64,000 bases of DNA from Amoeboaphelidium protococcarum X5 (taxonomy: Eukaryota > Fungi > Aphelidiomycota), in the NCBI GenBank assembly GCA_023515725.1, contig JALDTO010000154.1:515484-579483 (forward strand), given 5' to 3'. A program made the translations under genes and the position numbers. A model generated the notes under the pieces. That model had not been told where the DNA came from. It did no database searches and worked only from the letters and a program-made list of their open reading frames with translations. Below, piece after piece: positions 10,139 through 24,543 of the stretch (positions are counted from its first letter, which is position 1; every line of letters starts with the position of its first letter).

Positions 10139-12367
10139 ATGGATCGAAATAAGCATGATAAATAATTAAACTATCGGGTCTAATCTGAGTGGAACAAGAA
10201 TCCGTTCGCAGATAATCTCTCTACGTCTGCTAAAAGCCAGCAGCATCAGGCCATCAACAATCCGTTTGATGACTTTTACAATATCGCTGAACAATAGGCG
10301 GAAATATAGAATGTGGTCTAGTTTGGTATTGCTCCACTCAGTATTTCCAACTAGCCTCGACAACGTAAAATTGTAAGCTCTTCGTTTTTAAATTGCACTA
10401 AGTATAATAATTACCGATCGGTGTTATGACACATGTAGGCTCCTGTAAATCATCCTCAATTTCAAGATAATGTTTCGTAACTAGATCCGGACAGCAAAAT
10501 ATCCAATATTGACGTTGAAGCTTTAGAGCGTTATACTGCTATCAATAAGTCTCTTTAGCAAGGTAAAGCCAGGCTTGAATTATCTTCGGACGATGACTTT
10601 AATCAATCTGGAGACGAGCGTGCAGCTTTTAAATCGAGCAGATCGTCAACATTAGTGTCCGAGAAGGTAAGTTCTACTCACAAAAATTTGCTCATAGTAT
10701 TTGAAATTGTCAATTTGTAGAGAGGAAGCATCTTAGAACGGACCGCATTCGATAAATCGGCATCTATCACTGACATTCTCTCAGTACCACCTCTGGTTCT
10801 AGCTCAATAAATCGCGCTGATAGACGCGCAATTGTTTAGAAATGTTGCCAGACAAGATTTAGAGTCAATGTCCTGGACAGGAAGTGATAGGTGGACAAAG
10901 GCGCCAACTATTGCTTTGATGATTTAGTCATTTAATTAGATTACGATGATGGTCAGCAAAGAAATTTTAGATACTATAAATCACAAGAGACGGCTGCAAA
11001 AGATATCACATTTAATTAACGTTGCGAAGCATTGTGTAAAGCTGGGTGATTTGAATGGAGCAAAAATGGTAATCACGGGATTGTAGCACTCCCCCGTGCA
11101 TAGATTGACCAAGACATGGTCTCTTGTTCCAAAGTAAGATGCCCAGGTGTTTGATAAAATTTAAGCTATCCTGTCGCCGGAGGATAATGCTTCCCATTAT
11201 AGAAAGAGACTCAAGAAGTTGCAATCTCCATTCGTACCATTTCTTGGCATTCATCTGGGGGATTTAATTGTACTGAATGAGGTCAAGAAGAAAGAGCTAT
11301 CTAAAGGATAATCAGAATCAGCCAGATCGCGTCTTTAGTAAATTAATCGAGAGATTGATGTCTTGCAGTAGATGTAAGCTCGATGTTAGTATAGTTTTGA
11401 AGAACTCCCACCGGTCAAGTAATACTTATTATAGCAGAAATACATTACTGAGCTGGAGAATCTTTTGGAAGATCGATACTACTTCAAGTCATTATAGATT
11501 GAGCCTTAGAAGAAGTAATCGTCGTCTCAAGGAGCCCCTGTATCACCTCAGTTAGATTTGATGGATATGCCACTTGATCAGATGAAGAAGGCTCTTTCGT
11601 TTGACAACCTCAGTGATGTTATGGCAGAAGATAAGATGGAAGAGTAAGACGCTGGTCGGGTTCATGGACATCGAAGAGCTGTCAGTTCAATCTCACAGTC
11701 TTACCAATCGTCTTCAAAAAATGATGAAGTGGATGATCAGCTACCTTATGATGCGCAATCAAGACCAAAAAAGCTATAGAAGAAAAGAATTCTGCAGAGT
11801 AAGTTCCAGCTTGATAAAATTGGAGGGTCAGTTGTTCTTTCTGTTGAAGATGTTGACGGGTAACGGTAATAACGGCAGTAGCAATCGGTGCCAAATGTTG
11901 ATGCGCCTCTCAGTTCCGACGGACTGTAAAGCCTATCAATCAGTCCAATTGCTTCACCTCAGATTCGGAGTATTGATCAGATTGATTATTACGATGCTTT
12001 TAGTAATTAAGGAGTGTTCAAAGAAGGTACCTTGAGAGTAAAGTTGATTTCAATGGAAGATGGGAGAAAACATAATGCTAACAACGATTGGGAGACGTGT
12101 CTTGTTCGTTTGTATCAGTCCGCCGTTGTCATATACTGGAAGAAACCGAAAGCTAAGTTGGAGTCAATGAATAAAGATGTGATACAAGTCTTGGAATTAT
12201 CTCCGCAATCGGCTGCATTTGCATTTGATATGGGCAAAAAGAAGCAAAACGTGTTTAAGTTGATCTGGAAGGGCCGAGGAGCAGCAGTGTTACAAACCAA
12301 CTACGATCTCGATCTTTTCGATTGGATCTCACAGATTTAATCTTGCATCAGTAAGCTAAAGCGCTGA
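10139..12367 (+). CDS. RasGEF (CDC25) plus C-terminal PH domain protein (RalGPS-like architecture)
   Basis: LAQQIALIDAQLF, FNQITMMVSKEIL, GLQHSPVHRLTKTW, PFVPFLGIHLGDL; PH-like FKEGTLRVK...LFDWISQI; N-terminal NPF motifs; two introns. Confidence 0.85.
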
Positions 12368-12879
12368 GTATTTCCTGACTTGTTGCTACTCAAGATTCTA
12401 AGCTGTGGTTGTAGACTCAGTATAAATTAACGACTTCTGGGTAATCGCCGGCCAATCAACCTTTATTTGACGTTTTTGTATCTTGGAAACGTAGACTCTT
12501 TACTCTTAAGCTCGCGCCACTGCTTATAAGGTCATGGGACTTCAAGAAAATATATTTATAATTCATAAACACTAGAATACCATATTAACCATCCTTTTGG
12601 CTGTTTGCTATAATTTTTATTTGGTTTTCTCAAAGTTTAAATGACGCCTTTGACCCTTCAAACGGTCAATCAATATGCAATCCACGGAGATCAAAGTGGC
12701 GCAACGCGGGCCTTTATTTGATCTCGAACCAGTTACTGATTTTGTGTATTCCGCCGAATTCTCTCAAAACTTTTGCCTGGCGGTATACCTGTAGCCCAGT
12801 TTTGCTATTAATCTTACAATTCGCTCCCCTCCTTATTGCTGCTATAAGATCATTTTTGTGTCGTCTACTCTGCCAGCGA

Positions 12880-13983
12880 ATGACTCTGACTAAGGCTCCT
12901 ATCAACACTGGAAGTTAAGCTTCTACAGCTGGAACTGATGATAGTAATAGTGCACCTGTTGAAGTGGGTGATAGCGGAGCGCCTGGTTGTGAAGCTCCGG
13001 GTAATGGTTAGATAAACGGTAATGGATAAGTGTCCAGCGATAAGAGGGTGAAAGGGATTGACCAGAATGGCCAAAATTTTGCTCTGCAGGCTGATAGTGG
13101 CACCGAATTGTCGAGTTTGAACGACCAAGCTGGAGAAGGTCATTCAGGGGCTGTGCCGGCCGTCAGCGACAATAATATTCGGGATTTGCAGCGTCAATAT
13201 TAGAGTGGGTACCATCAGCAGCAATAGAACGGCGCGGTAGATGGTGGTAAACGCCGCATTGGACATGTCAAATTCTTCAACTCTATCAAGGGATTTGGTT
13301 TTATCATTCCAGATGATCCGAATGAACTGAATGCGAATGGAGTAAATGAAATTTTTGTTCATCACACCGCGATTAAAAACCAAGGTGGATTCAAAAGTTT
13401 GGGAGAGGGTGAGCAGGTTGAGTACTCGTTGGTCAATGGTCTGAAGGGCTTGCAAGCATCCCAAGTGACTGGCCCAGGAGGCAAACCTGTTCAAGGGGAT
13501 CCACAAGCGACGCGTCCCTTTGGATTGAACTAGTATGGAAAGCATGGTCATAACTACAAGAATGGAATGCATTAGAAGGGAATGAACAATTTCTATGCTT
13601 ATGGTATGTATCCTCCTGCTCCGTATTTCCCTGTGCCGATTGCTGATGGTATGAATATGAATATGTAAGACGGGATAGATCCAAAAGCTGGTTCTCGCCA
13701 AGCTTCAATGCCCATTCCTGTCATACCGTAGACTCCATACTACCCACCATATCCATACCTGCTTCCCCCATACTATCCACCTGCTCAGGCAATGATGTTT
13801 CCACCACAAGCAAATGGCGGAAGAATGCGCGAATCTGGTCATTCACAGGCTACATCTTCTGAAGAAGGAGAATATGGAGCGAACAGTGTTGTTGGTCATC
13901 AGAGTAACGGACATGAAAACTCTCCTGCTGGTGACGGTGCGAATCAAGTATTATAGAAGGACTAATAATAAACATTCGAATGA
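12880..13983 (+). CDS. Cold-shock domain RNA-binding protein
   Basis: [15 protein letters not shown]...[34 protein letters not shown]; Pro/Tyr-rich tail. Confidence 0.9.
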
Positions 13984-14459
13984 TTATTTTGGTGTATTAT
14001 TAGACTGATAATGTTTTTTGACATGTATTTTAGTTCGTCTTGATATTTACTATTTAAGTAATGAAGTGCACTATATTTAACCAGAGCTGACCGATTTAGG
14101 TAGATCACATTTATTGGCAATGATTGGAACTTGCAATAGGCTTTCGGTGTCATAGCGCCTAAACGAATCTCTCTCGCCTAGCTGAATCTTCATCTTTTAA
14201 CTTGAACGTCCTCTGACAAGGCGCGTTTCTCGTCGTTCCCAAAGCGCGCCCGTCAATTCTGTCCTTATCGCGACTAATTGTGAACAGAACGATTTAACGA
14301 ACGATAGAATCAAACGTTCTTCTCTACTGTCGTCTCTCTTTGACTAAATCTCCTTTCTTTATTCCCGTTTTATCTCCAGTCTCTTACTTCGTTGAATAGT
14401 ACTTGGGCACTATTTTGTCTTAGTCTCTTGTTGACAATATATATATTTAGAAGGAGTTA

Positions 14460-16337
14460 ATGGGAATTAACAGGTCTGGAACAAAGATGATGATGCTACT
14501 ACTCACTATGGCCACTCTGGTTATATAGAATGTTCGTGCGTTTTATCTTCCTGGAATTGCACCTCATAATTATTAGTTGAAGGATGATGTTCCGCTGTAT
14601 GTTAATGCACTGGAGTCTGTGAGAACTACTCTACCATATGACTACTATTTAAATCGCTTTCATTTTTGTCAGCCTTCTGGTGGTCCATAGGCACAGGCCG
14701 AGTCTCTGGGCTCCGTTCTGATGGGAGATCGTCTGTTCAACTCCCCATTCAATATTACATTTGGTTTGAATATGGAGTGTGCCGTTCTCTGCTCCACCAC
14801 CGTTCCTAAGGGTGATGCTGTGTTTATTAATGACAGAATTGGGGAAGAGTATTTTCATTAATGGGAAATCGATGGCCTCCCTATTGCAATGTCTTACAAT
14901 GACACTAAGACTGGTGAGGAGTTTTATTAAATTGGTTTCCCGCTTGGTCAGGAGATGGACGATAGTGATCAGGTAGTGTTGTTCAATCATTTCTCTCTCA
15001 CCGTCAACTATCACAAAGATGTGTCTGGGTATTTTAGAATCGTCGGATTCTTAATCTATCCGGAGAGCATTGATTATAAAGATTCGGAAGGCAATTGTGA
15101 TGCCTCTGCGAATAGTGATAATATGCGTTTGAGTACTGAGAAGGATAACAAGGTTACTTATACGTACTCTGTGCAATTTGTTGAGACCACCGATGAGTGG
15201 AGAACTAGATGGGACAAGTATCTGCATGTGTATGATCCCAAGATCCATTGGTTTAACATTATCAACTCCATAGTTATCGTGCTATTCCTCACCGGTATGA
15301 TTGCCATGATTCTGCTGCGTGCTCTCCACAAGGATATTGCCAAGTATAATCAGTTGGATCCTGAGGAGGCTCATGAAGAGACTGGCTGGAAACTGGTGCA
15401 TGGAGATGTATTCAGATCTCCGCCAAAGTTTATATTTCTGTCCGTGCTGTTAGGTAGTGGAGCACAGCTGTGGTTAATGGGTGGTGTGACAATGTTCTTT
15501 GCGGCACTGGGCTTTCTGTCTCCATCCAACAGAGGATCTATGGCTAATACTATGATTGTCACGTATCTGCTTAGTTCTAGCTGGGCTGGTTATATGAGCG
15601 CCAGATTGTATAAGTCTTTTGGTGGTGAAGACTGGAAGAGGAATGTTGTGTATACATCGGTCATGGTTCCTGCTGCGATATTCATTGTGTTTGTAATTTT
15701 GAACTTTTTCTTGTTAGGCGCTGGATCTTCATCTGCTGTACCTGCAGGCTCTCTATTCCTCCTGATGTTCCTGTGGTTCTTGGTGTCTATACCGCTGTGC
15801 TTTGCAGGAAGTTATTTTGGATTCAAGAAGCCAAAGATTGAGAATCCCGTGCGCACAAATCAGATTCCAAGATAGGTTCCTGAGCAGGTGTTCTATCTGA
15901 GACCTCTGCCTAGCATTATGATGGGTGGTATCTTGCCATTTGGTGCTATATTCATTGAGTTGTACTTTATCATGAACAGTCTATGGGCACATAAGGTGTA
16001 TTACATGTTTGGATTTTTGTTCATCGTTGGCCTTGTGCTGGTGCTGACCTGTGCTGAAGTGACCATTTTAATGTGCTATTTCCATCTAGTGGCTGAAGAT
16101 TATCGCTGGTAATGGAGGTCATTCTTCACGTCCGGTGCGTGTGCAATCTATGTCTTCTTGTACAGCATAATCTATTTCCATGAGATTGGTGGTAGTCAGA
16201 ATGTTAATAGTGCCGCCCTATACTTTGGCTGGTCCTTGGTTATGTCTGCGCTAATGTTCCTTACCACTGGCTTTATCGGATACTATGCATGTTGGATGTT
16301 TGTGCGCAAGATCTATGGCTCCATCAAGGTGGATTGA
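14460..16337 (+). CDS. EMP70: Transmembrane 9 superfamily (nonaspanin) protein
   Basis: FYLPGIAP, ESLGSVLMGDR, IHWFNIINS, GWKLVHGDVFR, RTNQIPR, EDYRWQWRSF, IYGSIKVD*. Confidence 0.95.
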
Positions 16338-16498
16338 GTATGGGTCATAAGCTGTTAACTTTTCAAGATCATTGAATGGTGGTTATCAAGTGTGAAGATA
16401 ACAGAAACTGTTGTCATTAAATGAAAGTTAATTTTACACATATTGCAGATTAATTTTAAATTACAATACTCACCCTGGAACTTTCTCTAGTCGCATCA

Positions 16499-17716
16499 TC
16501 ATATAATTACCTATTAGACTAAAGCAGACTAATCCCAAGAGCAAGTGGCAATTTCACCATCTTTAAACAAGTTGAAATCGACACCAAACACAAATTCAGA
16601 GTGTGATTGTTCAGTATAAAGCAGGGGCACCTCCATGGTTGTATTCCACACGCGCAAAGTCATATCATAACCGACGGAAGCCACGACATTTCTCTTATGC
16701 GGAGACCATTTTACTCTTCGCGCAGGCAGCTAATGACCAGGCATAGCTCTGACCAGGCTATTCTATGTCATATTCATAAAAGGATCTTGTACTGCCGCCT
16801 AACGCTGCTGTATCAACATTCGCATATCCCAGATGCATACTGAATGATTAGCACCTGTACCTACAGATGCTATGAGATTCTAATCATATTTGTTCCAATC
16901 CAAATCCAACACTTCACCTCCCATATGAGGACTTGGTAATCTACATACGAATGATTACAGTTCTGATGGTGGAATTCGCATATCGATCATCACAATATCA
17001 GAGGAGGTGTATTGGATAGGAGGCAGGTACTGTTACGCCTGCTACTCAGCCAACACCGGCGGACCTGCACAAGATAAAAATATATGAGGATTATGAGGTG
17101 AGAACTTGGCCGAGTATATACAGCCAATAGACGCGTCATTAACTGGCATTTATTATCCGCCACTGCCACCAGGAGTGGGAACATTCAATTAATAAGAACC
17201 AATTGACTGGGGACTATTCACATCATACACTTTAACTGAACCATCCCAGGAACTACTAAGAAATTTACTCTTATCCACAGAGGACCAGTCCACGCAAAAT
17301 ACCTCCTTTATATGTTCCTACCATCGCATGATCACCTTGGTCTGTGACACGTTCAACATGCTCATGTCAACCAACACCACCGATCCATCACCACACGCAG
17401 CCAGCATATGACCATCGGATAGTTCACTCCATCTGCAATCGAATACACAATCGCTAAACTCTACGCTCTTCAACAGATTAATCTACCCGTATCCACCAGT
17501 AGTAGTACTTTGGTCTATTCTATACAGAGACATCGCACCGCTTCCACTTATACCAAAATTGCTACCACCGCACACTATAAAATCATTAGCGTTATAAGGA
17601 CTAAACTAAATCTACACAGTTATAATCAAAAACGTGTTAATAACACTTTAGCAGCGATAAAATTAAATTACCGAATAGCCACTAATTCCATTTAAAGGAC
17701 ATTACAGCTTCTTCAT
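16499..17716 (-). CDS. PEX7: Peroxisomal PTS2 receptor (WD40)
   Basis: GYSIQFSPY, SNFGISGSG, SWDGSVKVYD, LDWNKYD, RRVKWSPH, GYDMTLRVW, HSEFVFGVDF; intron near the 5' end. Confidence 0.9.
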
Positions 17717-17931
17717 TTGTCAATGGTTCGACTGATTGATGATGAAAAAGTCAATGTAAAAACAAATCACAAGGCAATTGATGGTGGAATAAAGAATGAG
17801 ATTAGATTAAAATGAGACTATCAAAAAAAGAAGAACATCAAGGAGAGTAATGTACATCAACTAAAAAGAGATTAATATTCATATAGTTGAACCTCATTGC
17901 AATGCAATCAATGCATTCGATTATAAACAGG

Positions 17932-19182
17932 TCAATCAAACAATATCTTAAAGGACTCCTGAAGAGCCGATTATTGATGGTCTGATAAGCGGCCAACAAT
18001 CATAAGACGCGTCAATGGCTATTATCCATCAGCAGTCCTCCAAGGCAGTGACTATTTAAGTTCATAAGTCTAGCCCACAGCTTATAATACGTATTAATTA
18101 CAAGTGTTTTCTTATACAAATACAACACCTTTGGCGCGGAATATATCAAAATTACTTTCCCATAACGCGTTCTCAATCCATTGCTCAAAATTACTTTTAC
18201 TTATCGCTTTATCTGTCCGTCCATCAAGATGAATAGTGACGACATCTTGAGTATGTCTCTATTATTACTACACCTCTTATTGGGTATATTTCTCCGGCAT
18301 ATCGACTGTGTTATCATACGCATTTAGATTGAACATCGCATCAAGATCAATCTTTCCAAATTAACACTCGACAATATCACACAAGCCATTCAGTTCTGCT
18401 AATTTCTAACGCGCATGCACAAGCTATTTACCGTCGGTAGCAATCTTATCAATCTTGTTCAACAGTATAAGGTCCGCAGAGGCAACTTATCGCAGCCATT
18501 CAACTTGAGGCTTCATCAGGGATCCATCGTTATCACAACCGACTAGCTTTATCACCTGCTGAGCATCCACTACACAAACTACACCATTCAATTTCAATGC
18601 AGAGCTGAGAGCATCATCTATCCAGAGCATTGATGCAACCACTGTGGGATCTACAAGACCGGAACATTCAATCACAACATGCTCAATGGGCCTCTAATCA
18701 CCATCGCTACTAGTTGGCTTTTACCGAGACTTTATAACCATAGCTTCTAGCGCTGCCACTGAAGCATTCTTTAAACTGCAGCAGAGACATCCATTTCTCA
18801 ATTCCACCCAATCCTCAAGTACCGCTTGTGCGTCTGCTATATCGGCGGAAGTGGAACTTTCTTAACCCAGATTCTGATCAGCGAGACCAGCATATTTGTC
18901 GTCAACATCCGGCCTATACTCTTACCCAATAACTCTAGACTGCACAATAGTATGTAGGAGCATATCTCGTTCAATGTCACGCGCATCTCCGACGTCATTC
19001 AATATTACAGCGATTCTCTTCTGATTGCCAACAGATGTCAAGATGTGTCCAAGAAGAGACGTTTTACCAGCACCCAAATAGCCAGTAATAACAGTCACTG
19101 GAATTTATTATTCAACTTCAACATCATTTAATATATCTTCTTACTAGATGGGTTCCAACTATGGAATATCATCCATACTCAT
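17932..19182 (-). CDS. ZNG1: COG0523/CobW Zn-regulated GTPase metalloprotein activator
   Basis: N-terminal DDIPQLEPI (CPELVPI-like), ITGYLGAGKT, NGCLCCSLK, IECSGLVDP, LNKID, FRAKG. Confidence 0.88.
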
Positions 19183-19767
19183 TTATACTTGCCGTTTTAA
19201 TTTTAATGCAAATCCCAATATCTGGAAAGAAGAAGATCGACGAAACTGCCGATCGCGCTTATTAGCAAGTTGTTTTGTGCTTGTTAACACAATCCAGAGC
19301 TTAAATTTACACTAGTCATGAATATATTGTGAAGCAAACACTAAAAAAAAGGTCTTATAAAAGGTGATTTCAGCAAGGGGTTGATAGAATTTCCTTTCAA
19401 TGAATAAGTGAATACTGTACTGTGTAATATAAAGTGCTGATATGATCGATGGCACGGCGATTGTCAGAGAATATTGAAATTGAGATCGGAGGCGGCTTTG
19501 TTTCGGCCCCGCGTACTCTCCAGATTTATTTTTCCGCACCTGATCAAATGTCTGATAATCATCATCATCATCAATATTATTCCTGCCGTGTTGTTGCTGT
19601 GCTTTCTTGATCAAAGCTTCCTCTCTTTTTTTTGACCGATTGTTCACGGCTGGTAATTCTGACGGCTTATTCATTCATTCCTATTAGCATTTTAGTTATA
19701 TTTAGTGTGGCTGAGATTACTCTGCACATTCAGCAATAATCATAGTCAATATTTAGAAAAGGATTGT

Positions 19768-22700
19768 ATGAACTAAAAGTAAAAACAGAAGGACTAAGGA
19801 GCCCCATCCCTTGCAATGACTCCCATTTAGATGCAAGACTTGAGACAGATTAGTACGAATGCGTCCTATTCTAATGGTAGTGGTGGCAGTAGTAGTAGTG
19901 TTGGTAGTAAGAGAAGTGAGGATAGTGATAAATCGACTTCTGACTAGAATGTGGTTTCATCTTAGTAAAGTTCAAAAGACTAAACCGTGGATAAGTTGAA
20001 TTCATCTCTGCATTAGGAGTAATCATAGCTTGGTAGTCGATTGGAACTGGACGGGGTTTAAAGTATGGATGATAATAAGACCAAAAACATAGTGAGGATA
20101 TCCCCGGCTAAGAAATGTCTAAATTCAGTAACTGGAATGATGCGGCTCAATGTACGGTATGCTGTTAGGGAGGCTAGGTTGAACAAATTCCAGTTCTGTC
20201 TCGGATGTACATCTGTATTTGTGGTTGTGGTTATGATTTCCATTCTATTGACTGCCATTTCATATTCTCCGGTTGTATTTCTTACCCTGTCTGAAGCACA
20301 GTCTGGCGAGGTTGACACGAACATTTACTCAGCATTCTGGTCACAATATAATAGACTCAATTACACAAAAGTGGCGGAATCTGTGCAAGGCGTCACTGAT
20401 CTACATACTCCTCGGATTATGGGAATTTAGCCGGTTGTGTACAGAGCCAGTTCATGTACTGGTTTCGATTAGGAGCGAGCGTATGAGAGTAATTTCACTT
20501 ACACTGGAGGTACGTTCCCATCTGCATCTATTAATACTGCATGCAGGAATAGTGCTAGTAGATGTATAAATGCGCTTTGTTCAGTCAGGTAGTTTGGTAA
20601 TATCAATGTGATTGACTCTAAACGGGAGGCTGAACTGGGTATTGGTCGTGGATGGAATTACGGTGTGATACAGCCTGATGCAGTTCTTGTTCATAATGAT
20701 CTTGCCGTTCTGCTGGGCAACATTCAACCTGGTGATTATCTGTTCCTATCCTTCAGCTTGAACGATCTCCTACCTGTAACTATGGATCAAGTGTCTCTAT
20801 AATCTAATTTTACATTTCAGGACACGCAAGTCAACATTCCAGTCAGAGTTTAACATGTTATTCCTTCTAATCTTGGAAAGTTGAGGCAGGCTGTTACGAA
20901 TTCTCTATTCATAGAGTTCGATACAGTTCTGGATATGGTGAGCTAGCATCTTTCACCAAAGTATCCACAGGCGGTTTTTGCTGGCTTTCGGAATGCTTCT
21001 TCTGTGAAATAATAGAGTCAAGAGATTACGGATGTGTATTTCGCTTGCTCTAGTTATAGAGTGGGTTGTTATCTGAGTTCCTCTTATAATGACATTGCTC
21101 AAAATATTATTCGCTGGGCATCTGATATCGTTTATGCTGCTGGATTCACTCAAGTACAGTCCAACCTATCACTTCTCAGTAATCTTAAGAAGACCAATAT
21201 ATTTTCAGCCTTTCTCAATCTTATATTTGGTATTGTATTCCTCATCCTGGGCGGCTTGAGTATTTTCCTAATCTATAGTCTACTGATGGTATCGGTAGAG
21301 ACAAAGACGTTCGAGTATGGTATATTTAGAATGGTTGGTATGACCAAGATCGGAGTTGTGTCCTTGATACTTACTTAGGCGATTCTGTACGCGCTACCTG
21401 CTTGGGTTCTCGGCCTGATTGTGAGTTAGCTTGTATGGCTCGGATTTAAAGCTCTAATGGCCCAGATGATTAATGCAGATGTTGGTCCGTATCTCTCTGG
21501 CGCATCTATAGCTGTTGCAACGGTTGTCGGATTAGTTGTTCCTATTCTGGCTGCCATTCTACCGATACGTAATGCTCTTACTGGTAATTTGCACGATGCT
21601 CTGGACACTAGGAGGTCCAAAGTCTAAGCGGTAGTTGTAACTATTGAACGGGCATCTGCAGGCAGAGTACCCCTTGCAGCTCTAAGTTCTGGCCTTCTTT
21701 TGACAGTTTTTGGATTTGTCATTTACTACTTTCTACCTCTGGCTTTGATTACCTAGAACATTGCCTTGCTGTTTAATATATTTTTGGTATTATTAGTGGG
21801 AATGCTACTGGGTCTTGTCATGTTATCTTTAAACATCCAGCCGCTGTTGGAGAAGGGGATCGTATTTGTCTTGTTTATCTGTCTGTGGTTTGAGAATCGA
21901 GGAATGTCTATTTTGGTGTTGAAGAATTTGCTATCTCATCGTCTTCGTAATCGCAAGACATCTATAATGTACGCGCTAGCTCTTGGATTCATCATATTCC
22001 TTACAGTGGCCATATAGATTGAACTCTAATCGTTAATCTACCAGACAATAGCCCGCTTTAATGGTGATATACGCATTGATGTTGGTGTGGGCTATGTAGA
22101 CAGCAGAGGTATCCCGTTTGGAATCGTGAATATGCCTGAAATTGCAGCTTATATTGATGATTAGCGCGAAAATATTGATGGATACTTTTGCGTTACGTTC
22201 TAACCATCTCAGGTGAACAATACTTGGAAATCAACCTCTGTTAGTAACATCGGCAAGACTGTGGACTAGAGTTAGAACTATTATGCCGTATCTCCAAGTG
22301 CATTCAGCTCTTTAGACTCTTCTTATTTGCTGATATCATCGGAGAATGTCTCTCTGAATAAGCTTACTCTTGGTGAGAGACTGTACACACTTGCTGGTTC
22401 TTACTCATACCCACTAGGAACATAGTTGCAGACTCCACTTAATCTCTAGTCATTTACAGATCCATTCCTACTTCGTGCCTCCTATCAAGATGGTACGTTA
22501 AGAAAAGAGAGACGGCTGGTGTCAGAGACTCTTGCTTTTGTCAATTCTGCGCCATACTTTGCCTTTAGTCAGTTCCCTTCTAGTCCATCGCTGGATGTTC
22601 TTACATCCTTTACAAATTATCTTCTCCTTATGAATGATACTTTTACATCTGTGGATTAGATTCCAATCCAAAATATGATAATTAAACTGGCCGAAAACAT

Positions 22701-23211
22701 ATCAGATGGGGCGTACTAGCGAATAGTTCGAGAGTTGAATAATTTGGTGACATTTGAATCGGTAACGACGCTGAAAGACTAGCTAGCTGGAATTATAAGT
22801 GCATAGAACACACTGCGTTACATATTCTTATTGATCACACTGGTGTCAATGGTGGTGGCTTTTTTCAGTTTGAATAGTAGTGTATTTACGAATATCATGG
22901 AGTAGAGGAAGGAGATTGGAGTATTGCGATCCCTCGGACTGACGAGACACGAGATGTTGCGCTTGTACACATACGAGTCTTTTGTGCTTATCATGTCTTC
23001 AGCGATACTGGGCACTCTGATAGGTGTCGTCATGGGATGGTCAATGGCCGCGCAGAGATCTGTAATGACACAAGTACCTCTTGAGTTCTTTTTCCCGATT
23101 GATATATTCCTTCTAGTTATTGGTATCAGCGTCGTGTGTGCCATCCTATCAACTATAAGCCCTGTGGTTTAGCTCATTTACAGGAACCAGATTATCACTT
23201 TGGTGAGATGA
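19768..23211 (+). CDS. Eukaryotic FtsX/MacB-like permease with two FtsX domains
   Basis: Multiple TM segments; KTFEYGIFRMVGMTK and RKEIGVLRSLGLTR FtsX motifs; single open frame of about 1147 aa. Confidence 0.85.
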
Positions 23212-23346
23212 TTAATCAAGAATGTGGAAATACAAATTGTTTCATTTTTTATAATAGAATACTGTATTGATTATCATTATGGCTCGGTCATGATAGTAGT
23301 AATCGCAAAAGCCTCAATTAGGATTGATGATGACAGTTCGATATGA

Positions 23347-24088
23347 TCACCATGGCAGCTCATAGCCATCGCGGTGTAAGAACGAGCCAGTCTTGTACTT
23401 GCCATCCAGGAAATCCATATAAACTATCATCAACTTCTCGGCACATTCATCTGGAGCCATTTCTCCGCGGCCTTGAGTCATACCAGTCTGAATATAGCCC
23501 GGATGGGTTAGAAGAACAGGAATCTCTGGCACATCAATGCTCCAAGATTTGGTGAGAGCATTCAACGCAGACTTTGAGGCACGGTATCCATATGACTTGC
23601 CGCTGGAGTTGTCTTGCACACTGCCCATACGGGAGGTCATATTCACTATGTGCGGCTTCTCAGCTTTCATCAGACTAGGGCGCAACTCTCTAGACACAAA
23701 GAACGGGCCTAAAGCATTCACCTGATACTCCATCAGCATGTCGTTCCACTCTGACTTTTCAAGATCATTCTTGTTATAGACGCCGGCATTGTTAATCAGC
23801 AAATCGATTTTGACATCCTTCAGCTATTCCGCTAGCTGCTTGATAGACTAAAAATCTGATACATCCAACTTGTAAACTTAATGTGCCAGCTATTTCAACT
23901 CTGGCGCATCATCCGGCTTACGTGCAGTTCCCAGAACATTCCAACCTACATTGAACGCGGCCTTAGACGATGATGTAATGACACGACAGGTGCAACATTA
24001 TAAGCCTACCTCTGGACTTGAACTGCTTCGCTAGACTAAGACCAATTCCTTTATTGGCGCCAGTTATTAATACAGTGCTTGAAGTCAT
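23347..24088 (-). CDS. Short-chain dehydrogenase/reductase (CsgA/C-factor-like)
   Basis: ITGANKGIG, LINNAG, SRMGS, YRASK, HPGYIQT; intron about 23946-24009. Confidence 0.92.
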
Positions 24089-24543
24089 ATTGTATATTAA
24101 CGATAATCGTCAAGGCTTAAAAATTCGCAGCTAAAAGTTAATAGCTGAGAATGAGGACCTGATCACAAAGCGATGAACAGCGCGCCGCGTAAGACTCACA
24201 TGGATTGAAATTCAAGAGAGCATAAATGATTCTGATTAAGTTTGCAATTGTTTTAGGAATAATCGTCTATTTCATGTTGTCAGAGTAATGCTGTATAGTG
24301 CTCCAATAATAGGTTTGTTTAAGAACAGAGTTCTAAAAACTATTGTTGTTCATGTCCAAGGCCTGGAATTCTTGCTGTTCATAACGGTCCAATCACTGAG
24401 CTCCCCACTTTTACGCTGGTGATAATGCTGCCAGTGACGATATTTATATCTCAATTTCAACATTTCAACATCTTTTGGAATTCAGGACATTGTTATCTAG
24501 TAGTATATTATCTGACTCATTCATAATCTTTGTTTAAATCAGC

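Noticed and set aside
13144-13701. 185-aa minus ORF and similar antisense ORFs throughout the track
   Set aside because: Shadows of real opposite-strand genes.
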